From NCBI RefSeq assembly GCF_009914755.1, contig NC_060930.1: DNA of 64,000 nucleotides; one strand, given 5' to 3'. Of this stretch, positions 54,754-64,000 are shown in pieces; position 1 is the first letter of the stretch; each line of letters begins with the position of its first letter. The DNA is from the human T2T-CHM13v2.0 reference genome, Homo sapiens. The position numbers were made by a program, and so were the translations under genes. The notes below the pieces were generated by a model. It was given only the letters and a program-made list of their open reading frames with translations, made no database searches and had not been told where the DNA came from.

Positions 54754-55987
54754 AATCTAGCTAATTGGGTCAGTTTTGAACACCTAATATGAAGTAGTTC
54801 AATTCTTAAGTGGACGAGATAGTCTAGGGCAGTGTGATCACCCCAGTGAATGCTCTAGAAGTACGAAGGCACCTAGAAGTTTCTCTCTTTGTATATACCT
54901 CCTTTTTCCCCCCCTTTAGGTACTTATAGACTGATTTAGGGAAAATGAAACTATAACATGAAGGAATATAGAACAGTGAAAATTAGGCATCAATAATTGA
55001 CACTGTATAGTGGGAGCTGGGTTCCAGCTGAAATGCAAACATGGTTGAAACATACTATTACACGTCTACAGAAATAAAAGTAGACAAGGACAGGAAAAGG
55101 GCTTATGGAAAAAAATTTAATCCTGGAATTTTAAAATTTTTTGTTGCCAGGGTAACTTACACCTAAGAATAGAATAAAGTTGTCTGGCTGGCATTTTGGA
55201 GAATAGAATCATAAAGCTTTGCAAGTCAAATTTATAATATATAAGACTGTAGCAGAAAAGGAGTTTGCTTTAGGATAGAAGCCTCATGGAAATTAGACGA
55301 AAACTAGCGAATCTATCAGTAAGGTTTATCTCAGCCTCATCTCAAATAGGAAACGGCTGGGCTTGATGTTGTATAAGAACTTGAATCCTCCTGTTGGTTA
55401 AAGGAGAACTTCCTAGACTCCTCGGGTAATCAAGACAATTATAAATTTTGATGAGAAGATGGTTACTCAAGCCAAGAAGCATGAGAAACTCAAAATATTT
55501 GAAATACGAAGATTATGCTATATAAGAATTTAGCCCACTAGTTGAGAGGCCTTATTTTGACCATGAAAAAATTTTACAGAACAGTAGTGTTCAAAGTGTC
55601 AAAAGGACAAGGGAAGAAAATTAACTAAAAAAAATCAATTTTGAATTATTTACTAAATTATTATAGATATGAATAACATTGGAATTGCAAAAAGGTTATA
55701 ACCTGAAAAAAATTCATTGAAAATATTCCCAGAGTTAAAAATCTTTGGAGAATTTCAGAAAATTGATTGGAATCAGTTTTAAATCATGTAGGATCCACTC
55801 AAGCATGTGGCCTTACCGAATCAATGTATCAGCTTCTTCCTCCAGAGATTAGTAGTTTTCTGCAGAGAAGATTGGACTAGCTGGTTTCCTCATGCTGTGT
55901 TTCATGGTAGTTCACACTCAAAAGTGAATTTTACATCTTAGGATCCATACAACTCCTCTTCGTTAATACAATTTACTGGGTTTACAA

Positions 55988-56149
55988 CAGTTTTCTTAAA
56001 GTGGTTCGCAGACCAGCAGCTTAAGGATCACCCCAGACCTGCTGAACGCTAGAGCTACCGAAAGAGAAAGTCCTAAGGTGGGGCCAATAATTGGTGTTTT
56101 ACCAAGACCTCCAGGTGATTCTCATTAACTTAAAGTTTGTGATCCTCTG
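55988..56149. mobile_element. MER5A (hAT-Charlie MITE)
   Basis: CAGTTTTCTTAAAGTGG...GACCAGCAGC...CTCCAGGTGATTCT...AAAGTTTG...CTCTG. Confidence 0.7.
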
Positions 56150-57485
56150 GGCCAGAGATACAGAGACTGACATTTAATCTGGAAATTTGATTGTAAGGCT
56201 GACATTTCCAGAAAAATAGGTGATTATACTTGATATAAAAGACGTGGTAACATTGTTCTTAAAATGTTAACAAATGCCTTCAGAAAGCACATGAGTTTGG
56301 AGATGGAGGGAGAGAAATCAAATGGAGGGGGCAAAAGAGAGAGCAAGGAAAAATCAAATGGAGAGGGAGAAAGGGAAGGAGGAGGGTCATATGATGGGCA
56401 GAGAAACCAGATTGAAAGAGAGAAATCAGATGGGGGGAATTCCACATGAAGGGAGATACAACTAATAGAAGGAACCGGATAGAGGAAGAAAAGAGTGGTG
56501 GAGAGAAAGAGGGGCACCTGATTTAAACTGCCCCCAGAATATTCTGCTTTTAGCGGGATTAACTCTGCATCCCTGGGAAAGTTTAGACAGATCAGTTCCT
56601 TTACTTCTCACTGTGTGAAGAGTTAGAGGTAGGACTGAACATTTTGAAGTGAGGAAACCCAGAGGATTTTTTATATTTCAGTGGAAAGAAAAAGACACTA
56701 TAGAAAATATAGGCCTTGCTGATAATATGGGCTTGTGAAGATTGTGTTGGGTTTAATTTGAAAAGTGAAAGAAACAAAATAGTGTTTAACCCCACCTGGA
56801 GAAGTGGGCCATACCAATTTTCTATTACGTTCCAATAATAAGTATTATGTTTCCTAATAACAACCTGCTTTTGTTAATTTTTCTGTAATAAATAATTTAT
56901 ATTTTTCACACTAATTTTATAATTAGCACAAAAGAAAATAAGATATCAACACTTCCTTCTCCTTTGCACCACACACTTCAGCCTCCTGCCTCTCTCCCCT
57001 CACCCCCACAAACACCAACTCGGCAATCTGTTGCTTTCTAATGGCCATTGGTTGGAAGCTCATTGGGATGTTCTTAGGAAAGTCTTGCTTCTGATGCATT
57101 GGAAGTAGTCCAAAATTTCTGAAATGCCAAGCATTTTGGTTTTAAATTTATTTCCATGTTTTAATTTTCTGGTTTATTTTTAATTTATATTTTCATCAAA
57201 TACTATGTAAATATTCCTACAATAAATACAAATATTTCTTATAGAATATAGTGTCTTCAGAAAGTAAAATATTATAGTGCCTTTCCATTTCTAACTTATC
57301 ATGCCACCTATATGTAACTACTTTAAGATGTTTAACTATTTCTGTGTTTTTGTTTATCTCAATATTTCCAAATAAAATACTTTACATTTATTACTTAATT
57401 AAAAAAACACATTTAGACATTATTCATTGACTTTATCCTATGGAAGAGAAGTATTTAAATTTCTTACTCTCCTCTTTACCCCAAA

Positions 57486-57543
57486 ACAGACACACACATA
57501 CACACACATAAACACACACACACACACACACAGATACACACAC
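57486..57543. repeat. Interrupted (CA)n microsatellite
   Basis: Seen directly in the sequence. Confidence 0.9.
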
Positions 57544-60500
57544 CAAGCCCTTATTTCATTCTCCCAATATAAAATTAGGTTAATTTTGTGATAAATTAAT
57601 ATTCATTTTATATAATTATGACTTTAGTGATATCATTTATAGCTGAAAGAGGTAGTATGCATTTACTTTTACAGAACATTTTTGTTTTTCTGGCAGTTAT
57701 TAATCACTTTAGTTTTGTTTACTTATTCTAAGTACCCAGTCATAATTACTTCCCCATATACCTCAATATGCAAAATACACTGGATATTCTCTCAGCCTCA
57801 GTCTTTTTGTCCTTAGAAGTGCCTCTTCTGAAGGGGTAGATCCTAGATCCGCAGTCTCACTGCAGTGTCTTCCGGGGTGACTCTTCACCTTCATCCTGGG
57901 AAGGTTTACCTCCTATTTTCTGGTTTGGATCCTCAGTTTCCTAAATTCCTCATCTTTTTCCTTACTTGACTTCCTATTTTAAGTGAAGTGTATTATTTTT
58001 AGGTTGGACCTCTTGAGAACTAAAAATATGCACACATTGTAGATCTGAAAACCATTTTTTTTCTACCTTTCTCTTATTACCTTGAGGGCAGTAATCTTAA
58101 GTTTTGGAGTTTTTTTCAAAAGTTTAACATGCTCCTCATCTTTGTATTTCCTCTGAATTCTCTCCCCACCTTCCAACCCCCAACTGACTTTGGTCTGTCG
58201 CTGTGAAGTTAGAGAATTTCTTAACATATATTGTTATGCTTCACTCTCCACTTATATTGAAAAATAAAAAACCAAAAACTGTGGTTTGAAATTCCATGTA
58301 TTCATTGTGAGTGGCTTTCCAGCTACTAACTTTATTGCAATGTGATCAAGCAGAGACCTGGCTGATTTGTTTAAGAACTCTCTCTCTTGGAGTCTGTATT
58401 CTTTTTCCTAGAGCCAGTCAGTCAGTGACAGTCAGTGGAAGTGGCCTGGCCACCCACATTTTTAGAGCAGAATAGGGAAAAAGACCTTGTTAGCTTTGTT
58501 TTGTGAGTAGCCTTTTACTTAATTTCTCCTCTATAGTATTGCACCACATCCCTGGGCTCTGTGTACTGCTCAAGAATGCAATGGGCTGTTCACACAGGAT
58601 AAAAGAGAGAATTCAGGAGTTTAACTGTTTGCTCATAAAGCTTTCAACCAGTTCTTTGATTTTCAGTCTCGCCATGGTCCCACCCTTAGGAATGACTGAT
58701 GAGTACAATGCCTGTCTTTTGAGTGTTCAGCTAGTTTAGTGGCTTTCTCTCTGCTACCCACTTAGTTTGATGGTTCTAATCTGTTGAGTAATCTACTTAT
58801 TTATTCTACTGTTTCCTCTCCCATGCTCTTTGTTCCCTTTGATCGTAATTTTAATAGGTTTTAGAAAAAATAGAAAACCATGTACTACATTGGCCATATT
58901 TAACAGGAGTACCTATAAATTTATCTTTAAATTAAAATGATACCATTTTGTCTAATGTACTGTAAATAATTTTTCTAGATGCTTGAATGTCTTTGGAATG
59001 TATGCCTTTATAAATTTTACATTTTAATATGACACCTTATCTGTTTTTCCTGTAACTGCTTCTCAATCTTCTGTCATATTTAGAAAAGCCTCCCCATTTT
59101 AAGATGTACAAATACTCACTCTCATTCTCTTCTAGAAAGCGATAGTTTTATTTCATAAATCAGTAGTCTGATAAATTTTTAATTGGTGTAATTTCTTTTC
59201 CACCATTGATTAGAAATGCTATTTATATTAAAATAAATTCATATAGATAAGTACATATATTTATATATAAGGTATACATATGCGTATGACTCATGTATGT
59301 GAGTCATAGTCTCCCTCAGTAGGTGTTGATTTAACACCCCAGAACATATTTTAATACCTTGTTTTAATGTATTTTCTCAAACTCGTATAGTTTTTTCTTT
59401 CTTTCAACTTTTATCCTCTATATATACATAGTAAAACAAGTTTTATTTTTGTTTTATATGAGACCATATAGAATTTATGTCTGAATTTAGAGTTTAAAAC
59501 ATTGAGACTTTCTACCCAAGAACATGCAAAGCAATTGAAAGCATTTAATATCTTTCTTAAATCCTTTATTATAATTTTGAGATTTTCTTTTGTTATGCAT
59601 TTATAACAGTTTATTCCTAGGTATTTTATCTTTTGGGTTACTATTATAAATAAGATATTTTATTTCATTTTATTTTCTAAGTGACATTTATTTCTTATTG
59701 GAAATCTATACATTTCTCATGTTAATTTTTCAGTAGACCACAATATAAAATTATTTTATTTCTAACAGGTTTTTAAATCAATTTTTTAATTTTACTATAT
59801 TTATAATCATATCATCTATAAACCACAATAATTGTGTTTCTTCCTATCCAATTTATACTTCATTTTTTGACTTGTTCATATACTTACCTACTTTCAGGAG
59901 CCTACATTAATAGCAGGCATTATTGATTGTAATGCAAAATGCTTTTAGTACATCAACATAAAGCTAAATAAAAACTACTTTTTATCTGGTTTATCACTTG
60001 CTGTCTTAAATTCCACCTTGATACATCAAGTCTGTAGTTCCAGCCTTGTTCTCATCGCGATCTCTCCAGTAAGTTTTTCTATTATATATTTTCTAATTCT
60101 TCTAAGTCAGATTGTTATAATGAACCTCTTAAACAACCGAGAATTGGTCTGTTTTAGTTTGATTTTTAAGGTAATTTCATAGATGTTAGTAACCAATATA
60201 TCTTTTATGTGTTTATAATATTTTTGTTTTCTGTTTTGAAATGTGAATTGTGTTTTATTTCTTTATTTTGTGAATTGGTGATGTGATTTATTTCTTATAA
60301 TTTTGAAATATTTGGTTTTGATCCTCTATAAGTTATACTTTTAAAGGTGCATAATCTACTTAGTTTTGTGCTTCTTGAAACAGATACACTAAAATCAATC
60401 AGACCAATATTTTCTGTTAATAATACATTTCCGGTTTTTGTAGCACACTCTTTACTTCATACAATGGAATTCATAATGTATCCTACCTACACACCTAATA

Positions 60501-63139
60501 TTAAAAATTAACCAAGATAATTCCCTAACTCTAATATAAACAACATAAAAGGCCACTAATTTATAAGAGCACTATTTCTATGCAAAAATATTAAAGAATA
60601 ACTGAACTAGAAGATACATTGCAGTGGTTAGCTGTTTGCACCCATACACAGAATTACCGTGGTTTGGCAGCCATAAATAAGGACTGATAATAGTCGTTTC
60701 TTAATAGACACTGAAGTAGGATGATGTATTTTTTTCAATATGGTTAAGAAATTCTAAGAAATTTCTGAATGAACAATAATATTTATTTCTTTAACATAAA
60801 AGATTCATTCCTGATATAGTCAATGATTATTAAAATTGTGTAAAAATATTTCATGCCAATATGTGATGTGAAATTCATATCTAGGCTTAGATATTTATAT
60901 GTAGGTTTTATATACACATTAACATATGCTGCAACTTTTAGAAATTGTGCAATCCATGAAAAACGTTTTCTTTGCCTGAACTATTCTGTGCATTGAAAGA
61001 TTTATAACTTTCATCATTCACTACCCACATGCTAAATGTCAACTGTTCCAGCCAATTATTCTGAATATTGACAATGACTCTAGAAATTGCCAAGGTGCCC
61101 CCAGAAGACAAAACAGTCCTCCTGAAAGCACTGAGCTAAAATAAATTTCTCCAATTTACAAAAGCACTCATCACCTTTCACCTAACCATGTACTAGTATG
61201 TCAAGCATTTTGTCATCATAATTAATAAATTCAAATAAATGGTAATATATATGTGTACATTGGTACTCAGTACTAAGATAAATGGCTATCACATTGAAAG
61301 CTTTTCAGTGAGAAGTACATCAATGTTGATAAAATATCAGTTTTGATGAAAATTATAGTGGCCTACACATTTTATTAAAAATTTGAAAGTATTCTGTAAA
61401 GAAATTTTCTTTGAGAAATTAAATTGGACTAAAATACTTTATGAATGTATTGCTAACTGCATTATTAAATATATAAATTTTAAAATATAGTTAAATTTGA
61501 AACAAGTGAATAATATGATAAAAAGTAAAAAGCAGAAGCCTACTGGGTAAAAATCTATAAGTTGAAAATATGATCTTATGTGAAAATATTATAATTATTA
61601 GTTTTTTATTACTTATATTTTTAATGAAAAAATTTTCTAGGAATAGAAAAAATGAAATGTATTACTTTACTTATTATCCTGAGTCCTAAAGTTATGACCC
61701 AAATGCCTTATAAACTGTGGATGCTCCACTAATGTTGCTTTAATATTGCCAACAAATGCATTTTAAACTTGAACAAGCTATGCTCAAGACAAAGGTCATC
61801 TTTTTAAATATTCTGCACAAAAGCCTGCAAGAAATTCCACGTCTTGGAAGATAATTTGAACAGCAATACAAAAAGATTATACCTATAAAAACTATTTAAT
61901 TATAAATGAAAATAAAAATCTGGTTCAGGTAGTACAAAATTACATAACATGCATAAAAACATTTTATTGTTTGAGATATGAAATTAAAGTATGAAAAGTC
62001 ATAAAACCTGAAGCTATAATATAGTCAAACTTTTATTTTAAATATATAATATACTTATTTGGGGAAAATATATGAAAGATAATTGTGTATAGATGAGTGA
62101 AGTTTCAACCCATACAAGAGTTGAAACTTTATTATCCAAAATCGCTTCATTTAATGAAGTTTATCATAAAAATTTTGGTATGCGTATGGGTAATACAATG
62201 ATATGTACTCTAGAATTGCTTAAATGAACAATTTCTATATCATTTTACTGTCAGGATTTAAGAAGCAAGATTATTTGGTTTTCCAAGGCATAATAAAGGG
62301 TGAAAATATATCAGTGCATGTAAGTGCCTTGGACAAAAAGATTTAAACACTTGATCTAGTGGTATCAAGACTGGCCCAAACCCAAAAATATATTCAATAT
62401 GGTGTTTTCATATGTAGTTCTATATCCTTTTTGTTTTGAAGTTAAAATGTAAGCACATAAAACTTTTACTTGAAGGCAGAAAAGTTTGCATAGTATAGCA
62501 AAAATAAATAAATAAACCTAAAACAAACTATTCAACTTGTTAATAAAATCACTGACATCATGGCAGAAATTACAATAGTCTTAGAATAAATAATTACTAG
62601 ACTTCTTGGATAAGAAATAATTTAAGAAAATCCTGGTCAAATTATACTATATTTTTGTGGCAAATTCACATAAAGCTCTATTTATACAATCCTCCTGACT
62701 CTATAGAAATAGTTTCCGAAACTATACCTGATTTTCTTATGGACTTTTAGATTTTACACTTTGAAATAGAACTTTTGCTTCTAACTGCAAATTATGTTTT
62801 GGTTAAATTTAACATTACACAGAAAATGTGAATTTCCTAAAATAGCCTGTAAAGGAAACAGGTTTAATTTAAAACTTCCAGAAAGAAAGCCAGAAGACAC
62901 ATTGCTATAATCAAGCAACTTGTATGTTCAGAAAGTGAAAAAATAATTACTTTAGTACTTTAAAAATGTGTTCACCTTCTAAATGAAATAGAACAACCAT
63001 GGAATGTGTTCTGAAGAGTATATAATGTTACCTATGTATAGTACACTACCTGGGGACAGGTATCATGTCACATCGTCGTAACGTTTTGAACAATATCTTC
63101 CAATTAGAGGATATTCAAAATAATAAATGTACAAATGAA

Positions 63140-63920
63140 TATATTTTATTCTGTTATAATATTTCTGGTAGCAAGTAGGGATTGGTGACTTAGACATAAA
63201 TTTGAGGCTTCAAAAAGAGGTGGGATTCATGAACACTTCACAGTCTGGGCCTGGTATTAAGAAATTATCATCCCATACTTAGCAAATCTTTCCGGTCTTA
63301 AGTAACAATATGGCTGGTGTGATTTTTTTTTTTTTGGATCATTACACATTTTATAAATTCCCAGAAATTTATTTTGTTACGTTTAAAACAAATGAAGTTT
63401 TGGTTTTTTTGATAGTCTTTATTGTTTATCTGTATTTTGTATTATTAATTTTACTCTTCATTTTATGATTTCCTTCTTTCTACTTATTTTATTTAGGTTT
63501 AGTTTCCTCTCTTGTCCATTGTGTTGAGGTGGAAGTTTAGGCTATTGAGGTATTTACAGCTGTAATTTTTTTTCCAAGCACTGCATCACCCACATCCCAT
63601 TAGTTTTGGTATCCGTTTTCAGTAATCTCAAACTCTTTTCCAATTTCTCTTGTAATTTCATTTTGATCCATTGTTTAATATAGATTGTGTTATTTAACTT
63701 CCATATAATTGTAAATTTACCAAGTTACTTGTTTTTGATGTTTAATCTCATTCAGTTTTGGTTAGATGTCCTTTTCATTATTTCAATTTTTTGAAATACA
63801 TTACAGTTTCTTTTGTAGCACAGCGTAGCATACGGTCTATCCTGGAAAATGTGCCATGTTGTTGGGTAATGTGTTTTATAGCTATCTGCTATTTCTAGAT
63901 GATTCACAGTGTTGTTCACA
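63140..63920 (-). mobile_element. Old L1M ORF2 fragment
   Basis: T-rich antisense L1 motifs (CATCCCATTAGTTTTGGTAT, GGTCTATCCTGGAAAATGTGCCATG). Confidence 0.7.
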
Positions 63921-64000
63921 GGCCTTGTCTGTGTCAGCGCTACCTGCGGTGTGTGGCAGCTGCACGCCCCTTCCCTGTGGCAGAGCTGGCTAGAGCCACT

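Overview
This window is AT-rich, repeat-dense primate DNA, probably ape or human given the AluY-like, L1PA and MER11 elements. It looks intergenic or deep intronic, and I find no intact protein-coding gene. Almost all listed ORFs are chance frames in Alu, L1 or LTR sequence. Main non-routine content: (1) an orphan plasminogen (PLG) exon-2 copy with a broken acceptor, a frameshift and flanking intron sequence (~771-1929); (2) a tailless 5S rRNA retropseudogene; (3) a 17.6-kb nested ERV1 complex (13560-31146) that splits a MIR. This complex is a MER57 provirus holding a MER4D/E LTR, an Alu, an LTR10C/HERV-I-type element, a whole MER41A provirus and MER4A LTRs. The HERV-I-type element carries a 26-unit ~40-bp hairpin array, a G-to-A hypermutated integrase end and env, and a 148-bp L1-type retro-insertion. 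The rest is solo LTRs (LTR22, MER11, THE1, MST, MER4B, LTR8-like), Alus, old L1/L2 and DNA-transposon relics. Family names come from my memory of consensus sequences, not from a search. I cannot support a new functional biological system here. The best candidates for undescribed biology are the leader array, the hypermutated HERV-I env, the retro-insertion and the PLG fragment.
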